DNA from: Alphaproteobacteria bacterium
Lineage (GTDB): Bacteria; Pseudomonadota; Alphaproteobacteria; JAAXGF01
DNA length: 64,000 nucleotides
NCBI GenBank assembly: GCA_963555825.3
Contig: CAUVXB020000001.1
Span: forward strand, 1,568,001 to 1,632,000
Reading direction: 5' to 3'
Positions within the stretch are counted from its first letter, which is position 1. The number at the start of each line of letters is the position of its first letter. The notes beneath the pieces are model-generated. The model had not been told where the DNA came from. It saw nothing but the letters and a program-made list of their open reading frames with translations, and ran no database searches. Of the stretch, positions 28,793-39,398 are shown in pieces. The position numbers and the translations under genes are program-made.

Positions 28793-31700
28793 CTATTCGG
28801 CCGCGTGCTTTTCGAGCGGGGCGATGACCGATGCCGGCTTGGGACGGGCAAGCGAGAAGTCGCCCTGAATGGCGATCAGCGCGGGCAGCACCAGCAGCAC
28901 CAGAAATGTCGTCACCATCAGCCCGAAGACGATGGTCAGCGCCATCGGGATCAGGAATTGCGCCTGCAGGCTGGTTTCGAAGAGCAGCGGCGTCAGCCCG
29001 CCGATCGTCGTCGCCGAGGTCAGGATGACGGCGCGTAGCCGATCGCAGGTGCCTTCGATGACGGCATCACGATACGGCTCGCCGCGCTTGATGCGCTCGT
29101 CGATCGTCGTCACCAGGATGATCGAATCGTTGACCACGATGCCCGACAGGCCGACCAGCGCGATCAGGCTGAGGATGGTCAGGTCGTAGCCGAGCAGATA
29201 GTGGCCGAGCGCAGCGCCGATGAAGCCGAGCGGGATCACCGACATGACGACGATCGGACGTGTATAGCTGGCGAACACCCAGGCGAGGATGATGTAAATC
29301 GCGGCCAGGCCGATGATCGCGCCGGTACGCATGTCGCCGATCGTCTGGGCCTGCTCCTCGGCCTTGCCGGCGAAGCTCGCGACGGCGCCGTAGCGCGCCG
29401 CGATGTCGTGCACGCCATCGCGCTCGAGTGCTCCGAGAATTTCGCCCGAGGTCGTCACCGCCTTGTCGATTTCGGCAGTGATGGCGACTTCGCGCCGGCC
29501 ATTCTCACGCTTGATGCGTGCGAAGCCGCGGGTCTCGCGGCGGTCGACGACCTCGCTGAGCGCCACCTCGGCGCCATCCGGGCCGCGTATGAAGAAATCG
29601 TTGAGCGCCGTCACGTCGATCGCGTCGCGTGGATACTGCACGCGCACCAGCACCTCTTCGTCGCCGCGCGGAAAGCGCTTGGCGATGGCGCCATCGAACG
29701 CGTTGCGCACCTGGCGGCCGACCGTCGCGGTGGTGAAGCCCAGCGCGCGGCCGCGCACGTTGACCTCGAGCACGGTCTCCTGCTTGCCAAACGGCAAATC
29801 GTCGGCGACATCGCTCACGCCTGGATAGCGCGGCAGCAACGTGGCGACCTCGGCGGCCGCCTGCTTGAGTGCTGCCGGCTCGCCGCCCGACAGCCGGACG
29901 TCGATCTCGCGACCGGGTGGCCCGCCGCGCGCGGCGACGATGGTGAGCGTCTCGACGCCCAGCGGAACGGCGGCCTCCTCGCGCCAGACGGTGATGAATT
30001 CGCTGCTCGTGATGTCGCGCTCATCGGTCGGCACCAACTCGACGGACAGGCCGCCGACGTGATCGCCGGCGACCGCGCCGCCGTGGTCCTGGCCGACGCT
30101 GCCGCCAATCTTGGCGATGGCGATCCGGACCAGCCCGCCGACGCCGCCGGTCAGGCGGTCGTCGGCGCGCCACAGGGCGCGTTCGATATCCTCGAGCGCC
30201 GCCGCGGTCTGCGCGCGCGGCGCGCCGGCGGCCAGTTCGACGTTGGCATAGACCCGGTCGGCCTCGGGCGATGGGAAGAACAGGAAGCCGATGCGGCCGC
30301 CCATTATCAGCCCGACACAGAGGATCAACGCGGCGATGGCGCAGGCGACGGTGGCGTAGCGCCATTCGATGCAGGCCGTCACCGCGCGCCGGAACGGACC
30401 GTCGCGGAAGCCGTCGAAGCTACGGCGGAACCACTGCCGGCCGCGGCTCGGCGTGCCCGTCGAATGCGCCAGTGCGCCGCGCAGATGGCCGGGCAATACC
30501 AGGAAGCACTCGATCAGGCTGGCGACGATGACGGCGATGACGACGAAGGGAATCGCCTGGATGATCGAGCCGATGACGTCCGAGATGATCAGCAACGGCA
30601 CGAACGCCGCGATCGTCGTGAGCGACGAGGAGAACACCGGCGCGGCCATGCGCCGGGCGCCGGTATCGGCGGCGTCGGCCGGCGACATGCCGCCGCGCGC
30701 CAGTGTCGCGGCGTGCTCGCCGACCACGATGGCGTCGTCGACGACGATGCCGAGCGCCATGATCAGGCCGAACAGGCTGATCATGTTGATCGATTGGCCG
30801 CTGACCAGCATGACGCCGAGCGTCGCCAGCAACGAAACCGGAATGCCGACGACGACCCAGAAGGCAACGCGGCCGTTGAGGAAGATGAAAAGGATGGCGA
30901 TGACCAGGATCAACCCACCCAGTCCGTTGCGGAGCAGGAGGTCGATGCGGCTGCGGATTAGGTCGGCGGCGATGTCGTACTGGGCGATCTCGAGGTTGGG
31001 CGGCAGCGTCTCGCGCAGCTCGACGAGATAGTCAGCGACGATGTCGGCGAGCTCGAGCGCGTCGGCGTTGAGCGAGCGCTGGATGTGCAGCTCGATGGCC
31101 GGCTGACCATTGTGCCGCACCGAGACGCCGCCCTCCTCGAAGCGCTCCGACACCTCGGCGATGTCGCGCAGATAGACCTTGCCGCCGCTCGGCAGCGAGC
31201 GCACCTCGACGTGGCCCAGCTCGCGCGCCGTCTTGACCAGGCCGAGGCTGCGGATCTGGCGCTCGGTCGCGCCCCGCGTGTCGCCCGAGGGCAGATCAAC
31301 CGAGGTATCCGCGATACGCGCGGCGATGTCGCCGAGCGTCAGGTCGAGGCGGCGCAGCGTTTCGGGTGCGACGTCGACCCAGATCTCCTCGTCGCGCGCA
31401 CCGATCAGATCGATCTTGTCGATACCGCGCGCCAGCAGTTCGTCGCGAATGCGCTTGGCGTAGGCCTTGAGCGCCGCGTCCGAATAGGGCCCCGAGATAA
31501 GCAGCCGCGTGATGTTGTCGTAGCGCACGATGCGCTTGATAACCGGCCGCTCGCTGTCGTCGGGCAGCGTGGTGACCTGATCGATCGCGGTCTCGACGTC
31601 GGACAGCGCGGCCTGCATGTCGGTGCCCGGCTCGAATTCGACGAACACGTTGCCGATGCCCTCGACCGACGTCGAGCGAACCTTCTCGACGCCGTCGAGG

Positions 31701-31924
31701 AAGCGCACCTCTGGCTCGATCGCCTGGACCACGTTGGCGTCGATGTCCTCGGCCGAGGCGCCCGACCACTCGACGCTGACCTCGATCCAGTCGATGCCGA
31801 AGTTGGGGAAGAACTGGATGTTGAGCCGGCTCAGCGCGAACAGGCCGCAGACGATCATCACGACCATCAAAAGATTGGCCGCCGTCGGGTGGCGCGTGAA
31901 AACGCCGATGACGCCGCCGTTCAT
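28793..31924 (-). CDS. RND efflux permease (AcrB/AcrD/AcrF family)
   Basis: 1043 aa; GIVVDDAIVV.E, GIVVNDSI, R.R.V.LTS.TT. Confidence 0.95.
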   Translation of the reverse strand: MNGGVIGVFTRHPTAANLLMVVMIVCGLFALSRLNIQFFPNFGIDWIEVSVEWSGASAEDIDANVVQAIEPEVRFLDGVEKVRSTSVEGIGNVFVEFEPGTDMQAALSDVETAIDQVTTLPDDSERPVIKRIVRYDNITRLLISGPYSDAALKAYAKRIRDELLARGIDKIDLIGARDEEIWVDVAPETLRRLDLTLGDIAARIADTSVDLPSGDTRGATERQIRSLGLVKTARELGHVEVRSLPSGGKVYLRDIAEVSERFEEGGVSVRHNGQPAIELHIQRSLNADALELADIVADYLVELRETLPPNLEIAQYDIAADLIRSRIDLLLRNGLGGLILVIAILFIFLNGRVAFWVVVGIPVSLLATLGVMLVSGQSINMISLFGLIMALGIVVDDAIVVGEHAATLARGGMSPADAADTGARRMAAPVFSSSLTTIAAFVPLLIISDVIGSIIQAIPFVVIAVIVASLIECFLVLPGHLRGALAHSTGTPSRGRQWFRRSFDGFRDGPFRRAVTACIEWRYATVACAIAALILCVGLIMGGRIGFLFFPSPEADRVYANVELAAGAPRAQTAAALEDIERALWRADDRLTGGVGGLVRIAIAKIGGSVGQDHGGAVAGDHVGGLSVELVPTDERDITSSEFITVWREEAAVPLGVETLTIVAARGGPPGREIDVRLSGGEPAALKQAAAEVATLLPRYPGVSDVADDLPFGKQETVLEVNVRGRALGFTTATVGRQVRNAFDGAIAKRFPRGDEEVLVRVQYPRDAIDVTALNDFFIRGPDGAEVALSEVVDRRETRGFARIKRENGRREVAITAEIDKAVTTSGEILGALERDGVHDIAARYGAVASFAGKAEEQAQTIGDMRTGAIIGLAAIYIILAWVFASYTRPIVVMSVIPLGFIGAALGHYLLGYDLTILSLIALVGLSGIVVNDSIILVTTIDERIKRGEPYRDAVIEGTCDRLRAVILTSATTIGGLTPLLFETSLQAQFLIPMALTIVFGLMVTTFLVLLVLPALIAIQGDFSLARPKPASVIAPLEKHAAE

Positions 31925-33159
31925 CGCACCGCGACCCGCACGCCCGGTCCGATCTCGGGAAAACGCACCGTGACGATGCGGTCGTCGGGCGCCAGATCGC
32001 CGCGCACGAAGACCTCCTCGCCCGATCGCACGACGACCTCGACCACACGCGGCTCGAGGCGGTCATCGACGACGGTGTAGACCGTGTCACCCTGGTGGAG
32101 CGCGCGCTCGGGCAGGCGCACCACGTCGGCATAGATCCGGTCGGGCACGCGCACCTCGACGAAGGCGCCGGGCCTGAGTACCGTGTCGACGCCGACGCCG
32201 TCGAGCCGGGCATAGAGTTCGACGCCACCGCTGGTCGCGTCGATCTCGCTTTCCAAGCGGTCGATCACGGCATCGTGGACGATGCCGCTGCCGGCGAGGC
32301 GCCAGACGACCCGCGCCGACCGCCCTTGGTAACCGCCGGCCGCCAGCAGGCGCGCGAACGCGCGGTCGCTCAGGTGGAACTTCGCCTCGAGCCGGCCGGC
32401 GTCGATCAGCCGCGCGATCGGGTCGCCGACGCCGACGCGCTTACCGATCGCCGTCTCGGTGTCAATCAGGAAGCCATCGAACGGCGCCACCAGCCGGGTC
32501 CGCTCGAGGTCGCGCCGGGCGCGACGGAGCGAGACCTTCCAGCGCGCAAGCACCGCCTGTTCCTCATCGACCCGGGCAGCGAGCCGGTTGACCAGCTCGC
32601 CCCGGGTGAGCAGCTGTTGCTCGCTCCTGCTGAGCGCGAGCCGCGAATCGTCGAGCGCCTTCTTCGAAACCGCCGCCGTGCCGGCCAGCTTTTCGCGGCG
32701 GTCGACGTCGGCGCGGCTGAGCGCGAGTTGCTCGCGGTCGTGCGTAATGATCTGATTGGTCGCGGCGATCGTCGCGCCGATCTCGGCGACGCGCGCTTTC
32801 GATTCGGCGATGCGCGCCTCGAATTCGTCGACGTCGGCGCGGTAGTCGAAGGGATCGATGGCGATCAGCAGCTCGCCTTCCCGCACCACCCCGCCGTTGA
32901 GGAATCGTGGGCCGACGTCGATCACCGTGCCGGCGACGAGCGGCCTGAGTTCGACTTCGCGGCCGGCGACGATCTCGCCGAACAGGCGCAGTTCGGGTTG
33001 CGCATCGACACGCGCCGCGGACACCACCGTGACCGGCCAGGCGCGCTCCTCGGGGAGCGTCGGCTCGACCACGGGGCGCGTCGCCTTGAGATAGCCGGCG
33101 CTCGCCACGGCCGCCGCGACGATGACGATGGGCGCGACGATCTTGGTCAGGCGTTTCAT
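31921..33159 (-). CDS. RND membrane fusion protein
   Basis: N-terminal anchor, lipoyl-like halves, coiled coil, APFDG; ATGA overlaps with both neighbours. Confidence 0.92.
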   Translation of the reverse strand: MKRLTKIVAPIVIVAAAVASAGYLKATRPVVEPTLPEERAWPVTVVSAARVDAQPELRLFGEIVAGREVELRPLVAGTVIDVGPRFLNGGVVREGELLIAIDPFDYRADVDEFEARIAESKARVAEIGATIAATNQIITHDREQLALSRADVDRREKLAGTAAVSKKALDDSRLALSRSEQQLLTRGELVNRLAARVDEEQAVLARWKVSLRRARRDLERTRLVAPFDGFLIDTETAIGKRVGVGDPIARLIDAGRLEAKFHLSDRAFARLLAAGGYQGRSARVVWRLAGSGIVHDAVIDRLESEIDATSGGVELYARLDGVGVDTVLRPGAFVEVRVPDRIYADVVRLPERALHQGDTVYTVVDDRLEPRVVEVVVRSGEEVFVRGDLAPDDRIVTVRFPEIGPGVRVAVR

Positions 33160-33968
33160 GCCGGCCCGCCAGCTGCCGCGCCCTCGATCGGCGGCAGCCC
33201 GAGCATGGCGAGCACCGCCGGCGTCAACGTGCGAATGATGAAGTCGACGCGCTCGGGCGTGTAACCGTCCCAGCCGAGCCGCGCGCAGACCACCGTGCGG
33301 GCCGCGCCAAGCGCCATACACTGGCCGATGATCGCGGCGGTCAGCAGGCGCGTCTCGGGCGCTTCGGGGGCGCAGCCAACGGCGGCGCCGACCAGCCCGG
33401 CGACGGCGTTGTGGAGCGGGTGGATGCGCTCTTCGAGCAGCATCGGGAAGGCAGCCGTCGGTTCGTGGAACTCGCGCAGCATGAGCTGCATGCGCCAGCG
33501 CATGCGCTCATCAACCAGCACCGAGCCGAGCAGGTGGCGCAGGAAGCCCGCGAGCAGGGCGGCGAGCATCGCGCGATCGCCGCCGGCCGCAGCGACGCCG
33601 CTGGTCAGGCGCTCGGCGGCCGGTCCCATGACCGGCTCCGAATCCTCGATCAGCCGGCGCAGGACGCCGCGGTAGAGCCCCTCCTTGTCGCCGAAGTGAT
33701 AACCGATGGCCGACAGGTTGACATCGGCCGCCTTGGCGACCGCGCGTATCGAAACGGTGTCGAAGCCCTGCCTGGCGAACAGCTTGCCGGCGGCTTCGAG
33801 CATGCGCTCACGGCTCGCCGCGCCGTCGGCGCGTGGTTTTCGGCTCGGGCGACGGGGTGCCGGCGCGCCCTGTATGGCGCCGGCGCTGGTCGCCGACGAC
33901 GCCGCTGTCACGGGTGCCGCGGCGCCGGCTGAACCCGCGGTCTTGCCGGTTGATTGAGTCATTCTCAT
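33156..33968 (-). CDS. TetR-family regulator (YbiH/CecR-like)
   Basis: LFA..GF..VSIR.VA..A.VN...I.YHFG.KEGLY. Confidence 0.92.
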   Translation of the reverse strand: MRMTQSTGKTAGSAGAAAPVTAASSATSAGAIQGAPAPRRPSRKPRADGAASRERMLEAAGKLFARQGFDTVSIRAVAKAADVNLSAIGYHFGDKEGLYRGVLRRLIEDSEPVMGPAAERLTSGVAAAGGDRAMLAALLAGFLRHLLGSVLVDERMRWRMQLMLREFHEPTAAFPMLLEERIHPLHNAVAGLVGAAVGCAPEAPETRLLTAAIIGQCMALGAARTVVCARLGWDGYTPERVDFIIRTLTPAVLAMLGLPPIEGAAAGGPA

Positions 33969-33970
33969 TA

Positions 33971-33994
33971 AATAGATCAAACGTTTGATCTATT
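33971..33994. promoter_or_regulatory. perfect 24-bp palindrome, probable TetR operator
   Basis: AATAGATCAAACGTTTGATCTATT directly upstream of the tetR start. Confidence 0.8.
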
Positions 33995-34059
33995 CAAGGA
34001 GACTCGATCAATAATTCGCGCGAACAGCGGGTACTGATCTAATTTATGAGAATTTTCTT

Positions 34060-34890
34060 CTAATGCCTTGTCGCATAAAGAAAGGTGATCTGGCCGATCG
34101 TCCGGCGTCGGTCGTCGTAAGCGGCGACGAATTCGTCGAGCGCGGCCGAGGCGTCGAGTTCGCGCACGCGCGCGCAGGCCGCCTCGATCTGATCGCCGCT
34201 CGCCAGCGCCCACATCGAGTCGCCGTCGCGCCATGCCTTGTCGAGCGGGCCGTGGCCATCGAAAAAGGCGTCGCCCTGGCAGACCTGGTCGGCCGGCACG
34301 AAACTGCCGACGTAGTCGAAACCGCTGTCGGTGAGAATTCGGCGTAGCGCGTCGAGCGGTGCGAACCGCTGCCGCATCGCAGCGCCCACTTCGGGGACCA
34401 AATGATAGTACCAATAGGCGTCGAGCTGTTCCTGGCCGCAGCTGTTGACGACCAGCGCACCGCCCGGACGCAGCACGCGCGCGAACTCGCCGATGACGCG
34501 CCGGTGCAACGCATACCCCGCGCCCGCGTTGTCTTCGAGATGGTGTAGCACCTGATTGATCATCACCGCATCGAAGCTCGCCTCACCGAATGGCAGCGCG
34601 GTGATCGCGCCCCGGTGAAAGCCGATGCGGTTCCGCGCCGCGGCATCGGCGAGCTTGGTCGCCGCCTCGTCGAGCATACCCTGGCTCATATCGAGCGCCT
34701 CGACACGGCCGACCCGGTCGACAATCGCCTCGGAATACGCGCCGGTGCCACAACCGGCATCGAGCACCGTAAGCGTGTCGAGCGGCCGCGCCTGACGCGC
34801 CAGGCAGCCGAGGATGATCTCGCTGCCGATCGGTACGCGCGTCCGGTCGTAGTTTCGGCTGGTCTCGTCGTAGGCCTCGTAGCTGCTCAT
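34060..34890 (-). CDS. class I SAM-dependent methyltransferase
   Basis: VLDAGCGTG, LPF...SFD, VLHH, RVLRPGG. Confidence 0.92.
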   Translation of the reverse strand: MSSYEAYDETSRNYDRTRVPIGSEIILGCLARQARPLDTLTVLDAGCGTGAYSEAIVDRVGRVEALDMSQGMLDEAATKLADAAARNRIGFHRGAITALPFGEASFDAVMINQVLHHLEDNAGAGYALHRRVIGEFARVLRPGGALVVNSCGQEQLDAYWYYHLVPEVGAAMRQRFAPLDALRRILTDSGFDYVGSFVPADQVCQGDAFFDGHGPLDKAWRDGDSMWALASGDQIEAACARVRELDASAALDEFVAAYDDRRRTIGQITFLYATRH

Positions 34891-35225
34891 CTCACCGATC
34901 CCATGCGGTCTGTGCGCCAGCGCAACATGCAACGTCAGCCGTCACCTGACAAGCACGCAAGCGTGCCTCACGGCGTTATGTCCAGAATCCTTCCGCCCAA
35001 CGGGAGCCGGCCGATGAGACGATCATCGTGCCGAATGTGATGGTCGTCACACCCGATACACCGAAAAGGGCATCGTTTGTGACGAGTGTCACAACGAAAT
35101 CCCGAATTTCCGCAAGCGACGTGATGGCCATCATAGAAAAACATTCGATTCCAATTGATGATGAGCGCCAGAAATTGCGGGGCTGGAGCCAAGAGCCTCC
35201 GAGCAGGAATTGGGAAGGTTGTAGG

Positions 35226-36995
35226 ATGTTGCATCAAATTCTTGAACGCGCGGGAGCCTTTGCGAGACCATGGGTCGAAAGAGCGTTTGTCGTCATCACC
35301 GCGGCGGCGATCTTGGGCGCGCCAGTGATGGTTCGCGCGGCCGCTACCCCTGCCGAGATCGCGGTCGCTGCCATCGACACGAAGACAACCCCATCAAACG
35401 TCACGTTACCAGTTGATGCCGACCCAACGTTGGTGCTGAACATTCAGCGGCGCTTGGCGCAGTTGGGTCTATACCTGGCCGCGGTCGACGGCCGCGTAAC
35501 CCGGGACACAACCGCGGCCATCCGCGACTATCAGCGACAGGCGAGATTGAAGGTCGACGGCGCGCCCTCACGAGCGCTGCTCGAACATCTGAATTCATCG
35601 GCCGCCGAGGGGCAGGACTTGCTCCAGCGTCTCGAGGCGGCGCGAGAAGAACAGATCGCGGTGGCACGACAGACCCTCGAGGCGCACGCCCCGATCCGTG
35701 AGCTCTTCGCCGACGTCGCCACCTTCACTGAGCAAGAAAGTGCGGCGCCGACAGAATCCGAGGATTGTTCCGCGACACCGACCGCATTGTGTCTGGTCGA
35801 CGAGGCGTATGCCGCCGCTGCCACGATCAACAAGGCCGATTACCGCGGCCGGGCGCTCGGCGACGTCGCCGTTGCCCGTGCCGCCGCCGGAGATGGCCCG
35901 GCGGCGCTGAGCGCCGCGGCACGGCTGGCCGACCCCCGATTGCTGATCGTCGCGCTCGGGAGGATCGCACAGGCGCAGGCCGATACCGGGGATTACGAAA
36001 GTGCGCTTGCAACCGCGCGCCCGATCCCCGACCCGATCGTCCGGTCCGAGACGCTTAGCGGCATCGCACTGACGCAGCACATGGCGGGGAACGACGAAGC
36101 GGCGCGCCAAACGGTTTCCGAAGCCCTGGAAACGGCGGCGACGATCCCGGACATGGCTCGGCGGGTGATGGTGGAGAGCGAGATCGCCGGCGTACAGGCC
36201 AAGACCGGTGACTGGGCAGGTGCGGTGGCAAGTCTCGACAGCGCGCTTAAGCAAGCGCGTGTCCTGGAGACATCCGATCAACGGGATCTCGCGTTGAGTC
36301 GCGTTGCCGCCGCCATGGTCGAAACCGGACAGCTCGGAAAGGCTCTTGCCATCGTCGCAACCATCGTCGAAGCCCGGCACCGCACACCCACCCTGATCCT
36401 GGCGGCTGCTGCTCAAGCCGAGTCCGGCGACGTGCCGCGGGCGATAGAGACCGTCGCGTCGATCAACGAGATCCGCTACCAAGTGGTCGCGCTTGAGAAG
36501 CTGGCGTCGGCGCAGGCGCGGGCGAATGACAGAGCGGCGGCCCTGGCCACGCTCGCCGATGCACGGTCGAAGAGCGACAAGATTTTATACAGCTACTCTC
36601 GAGCATACGGTCTCAGCCTCATTGCACGAGCCCAGGCGGAGATTGGCGCCTTTGGCGAGGCACTCGACACGTCGGCAATGATCGATAACCAGGCGTTGCA
36701 GGCCCGCACCTTATGGACAGTGGCTGCCGCGCAAGCACGCGTCGGCGATACTGTGGCGGCACTGCGGAGCGAGACGCTGGCGCTCGCCACGGCAAACGAT
36801 ATCGAGGACAGCCTCGACCGCATTTGGTTGCTCTGCGACATCGCAATGGCGCGGTCGAATTCCGGCGACAACACAGCGGCACAGGCGATGTTCGATCGTG
36901 CGATGGGACACACCCGGGCGCTAAACACTCCCTGGCTGCGAGCACGCGCGCTGAGCAGGCTCGCCATGACCCTGGTCGCCATGCAGCGCAGCTAA
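35226..36995 (+). CDS. exported protein with a peptidoglycan-binding domain and TPR-like helical repeats
   Basis: IQRRLAQLG.Y...VDG.....T..AIR.YQ....L.VDG; repeated AL..IA.AQA..GD...A. Confidence 0.85.
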   Translation: MLHQILERAGAFARPWVERAFVVITAAAILGAPVMVRAAATPAEIAVAAIDTKTTPSNVTLPVDADPTLVLNIQRRLAQLGLYLAAVDGRVTRDTTAAIRDYQRQARLKVDGAPSRALLEHLNSSAAEGQDLLQRLEAAREEQIAVARQTLEAHAPIRELFADVATFTEQESAAPTESEDCSATPTALCLVDEAYAAAATINKADYRGRALGDVAVARAAAGDGPAALSAAARLADPRLLIVALGRIAQAQADTGDYESALATARPIPDPIVRSETLSGIALTQHMAGNDEAARQTVSEALETAATIPDMARRVMVESEIAGVQAKTGDWAGAVASLDSALKQARVLETSDQRDLALSRVAAAMVETGQLGKALAIVATIVEARHRTPTLILAAAAQAESGDVPRAIETVASINEIRYQVVALEKLASAQARANDRAAALATLADARSKSDKILYSYSRAYGLSLIARAQAEIGAFGEALDTSAMIDNQALQARTLWTVAAAQARVGDTVAALRSETLALATANDIEDSLDRIWLLCDIAMARSNSGDNTAAQAMFDRAMGHTRALNTPWLRARALSRLAMTLVAMQRS

Positions 36996-37173
36996 CGCAT
37001 CGTCCGGTCATCTTTACGCGGCGCAAAGATGACCCGCGTTCAACCGCCGCGCATGCCACTCTTATGGCATCAAATCTGGCTTATAGAATAAATTCTGACC
37101 GCAGGAGCGGCGGCCCGCCCTCTTGTCAGTATCAAGATGGCGCGGGCTGACATCGCCCAACGGGTCCTTGGTA

Positions 37174-39228
37174 TTAGGCCGGCCGGAGCCACACCGACGT
37201 GTCGTGGAAGACGGCGCCGCCCAAAGGCGCGCCGGGATCGGCGCTGGTCAGGGCGTTGACGCCGAGGCCCTCCTCGAAGGCGGCGTTGGGCCAGATACTC
37301 TCGATCACCACGACGCCGCGCTGCAGGCCGTCGAACGATTTGGCGTGAACCACGATGTCGGCGCGCGCGTTGCCGACGCGAATGCGGCCGCCGTCGTCGA
37401 TGGCGAGCGCCGCGAGGTCGTCGGGGTGGACCATGGCGGTCGGCCGGCCCTCGCGCTTCCTCGAGGTCGGCGTCTCGGTGAAGGACGAGTTGAGGTACTG
37501 GCGCGCCGGCGCCGTGACCAGGCGGAACGGGCGCTCCTCGCAGGCCGCGTCGATCACCGCAAAATGGTCGGGCAGTTTTGGCATCGCCTGGTGTGCGCGG
37601 CCGACGCGCGACCAGTCGGGCGCGAAGTGGAAGCGGCCGTCCGGCGTCGCGAAGCCGGTCAGGAAATGGGCCTCATCGAAGTCGGGCTGGCAGTCGATCC
37701 AGTGCTTGGCGCGCAGTTCCTCGGCGCCCGGCCAGCCGGAGGATTTTAGCGTCTCGTCGATGATCTCCCAGCCGCTCATCTCGAAGCCCCGGTGCGTCGC
37801 GCCGAGCCGCTTGGCCAAGCCGCAGATGACCTCGTGGTTGGCGCGCGTGCCGGTGAGTGGCTCGATGATCTTTGGCCCGAAGATGATATGCGAATGGCCG
37901 CCCGCCATGTAGATGTCGTCGTGCTCGAGGAACATCGTCGCCGGCAAGACGATATCGGCCATCTCGGCGGTCTCGGTCATGAACTGCTCGTGGACGCAGA
38001 CGAAAAGGTCGTCGCGCGCGAAACCCTCGCGCACCTTGAGGGTCTCGGGCGCCACCATCATCGGGTTGGTGTTTTGGATCAGCATCGCGGTGACCGGCGG
38101 GCCGTCGCCCAGGTCGCGCGGATCACCGGTCAGCACCGGGCCGATGCGCGACTGGTCGAGCTTGCGCACGCCGCGGTCCACGGCGTCGAGCCCCTCGATC
38201 AGCGTCTTGTCCCAATGGTAGATCGCGCGGTTGGAATAGAACGCGCCGCCGCCCACATGCCGCCACTTGCCGGTCACGGTCGGCAGGCAGGTCACGGCAT
38301 GGACCGCGGCCGAGCCGTTGCGTGAGCGCGCGAAGCCGTAGCCGACGCGGATATAGCTCCGCTCGGTCGCCCCATAGAGCCGCGCGAAGTCGACGATCTC
38401 CTGCTCGGCGACGCCGGTGATCTCGGACGCCCAAGCCGGCGTGCGGGTCGCCAGATGCGCCTCGAGCGCGTCGGGACAGTCGGCGTAGCGGGCCATGTAT
38501 TCGCGGTCGGCAAAACCCTCGGCGAACAGCACGTGCATCATCGCACAGGCGAGCGCGCCGTCGGTGCCCGGCCGGAGCGCGATGTGGATGTCGGCCGCCT
38601 CGGCGGTGCCGTTGCGGTAGGGATCGACGACCACCAACTTGGCGCCGCGGCCCTTGCGCGCCCGTGCGACATGCGTCATCACGTTGACCTGGGTCGCCAC
38701 CGCGTTGGTGCCCCAGCATACGACCAAATCGGCCTCGGCCATCTCGCGCGGATCGGGGCCCCGATAGGCGCCGGTACCGGCGAGCCAGCCGGCGTCGACC
38801 AGCGTCGTGCAGATCGATGAGTGCTGGCGCGAATACTTCATGACATTGCGCAGGCGGTCGATGCCGTCGCGCTGCAACAGCCCCATGGTGCCGGCATAGT
38901 AGTAGGGCCAGACCGTCTCCGGGCCGTGACGGGCCGCGGCCGCCTGGAAGCGCGTGGCGACCTCGTCGAGCGCGTCGTCCCACGAAACCGGTGCGAACTG
39001 GCCGCTGCCCTTTGGCCCGGCGCGGCGTAACGGCTGAGTCAGGCGGTCGGGGTGATGGACGCGCTCGGCATAGCGCGCGACCTTGGCGCAGATGACGCCC
39101 GCCGTGTAGGTATTCTCGGGATCGCCGCGCAGCTTGCCGATGGTCTGCGCATCGAGCCGCTCGACGACCAGCGCGCAGGTGCTCGGACAGTCGTGGGGAC
39201 AGGCGGAATGGAAGAGCTCGACCGACAC
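37174..39228 (-). CDS. molybdopterin-dependent oxidoreductase
   Basis: CPHDCPSTC...CAK Fe-S motif, SWDDALD, TETA..ADIVLPA, C-terminal HP.D; GTG start with RBS. Confidence 0.93.
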   Translation of the reverse strand: MSVELFHSACPHDCPSTCALVVERLDAQTIGKLRGDPENTYTAGVICAKVARYAERVHHPDRLTQPLRRAGPKGSGQFAPVSWDDALDEVATRFQAAAARHGPETVWPYYYAGTMGLLQRDGIDRLRNVMKYSRQHSSICTTLVDAGWLAGTGAYRGPDPREMAEADLVVCWGTNAVATQVNVMTHVARARKGRGAKLVVVDPYRNGTAEAADIHIALRPGTDGALACAMMHVLFAEGFADREYMARYADCPDALEAHLATRTPAWASEITGVAEQEIVDFARLYGATERSYIRVGYGFARSRNGSAAVHAVTCLPTVTGKWRHVGGGAFYSNRAIYHWDKTLIEGLDAVDRGVRKLDQSRIGPVLTGDPRDLGDGPPVTAMLIQNTNPMMVAPETLKVREGFARDDLFVCVHEQFMTETAEMADIVLPATMFLEHDDIYMAGGHSHIIFGPKIIEPLTGTRANHEVICGLAKRLGATHRGFEMSGWEIIDETLKSSGWPGAEELRAKHWIDCQPDFDEAHFLTGFATPDGRFHFAPDWSRVGRAHQAMPKLPDHFAVIDAACEERPFRLVTAPARQYLNSSFTETPTSRKREGRPTAMVHPDDLAALAIDDGGRIRVGNARADIVVHAKSFDGLQRGVVVIESIWPNAAFEEGLGVNALTSADPGAPLGGAVFHDTSVWLRPA

Positions 39229-39398
39229 GCGATGTTCCCCGTCGTGGTTGACGCGACGGCGCGATCCTAGCCGCCCGAGGCGCCACCGTCGAGCGCCGCA
39301 GCGCCCGCCCTTCGGGCGATTCCCCCTTTCGCTGGGCCGGCAGCTAAGGCACACTGACCCGTCACGCGAGCGCGCCGACACTTGAGGGGTAACGAGGT

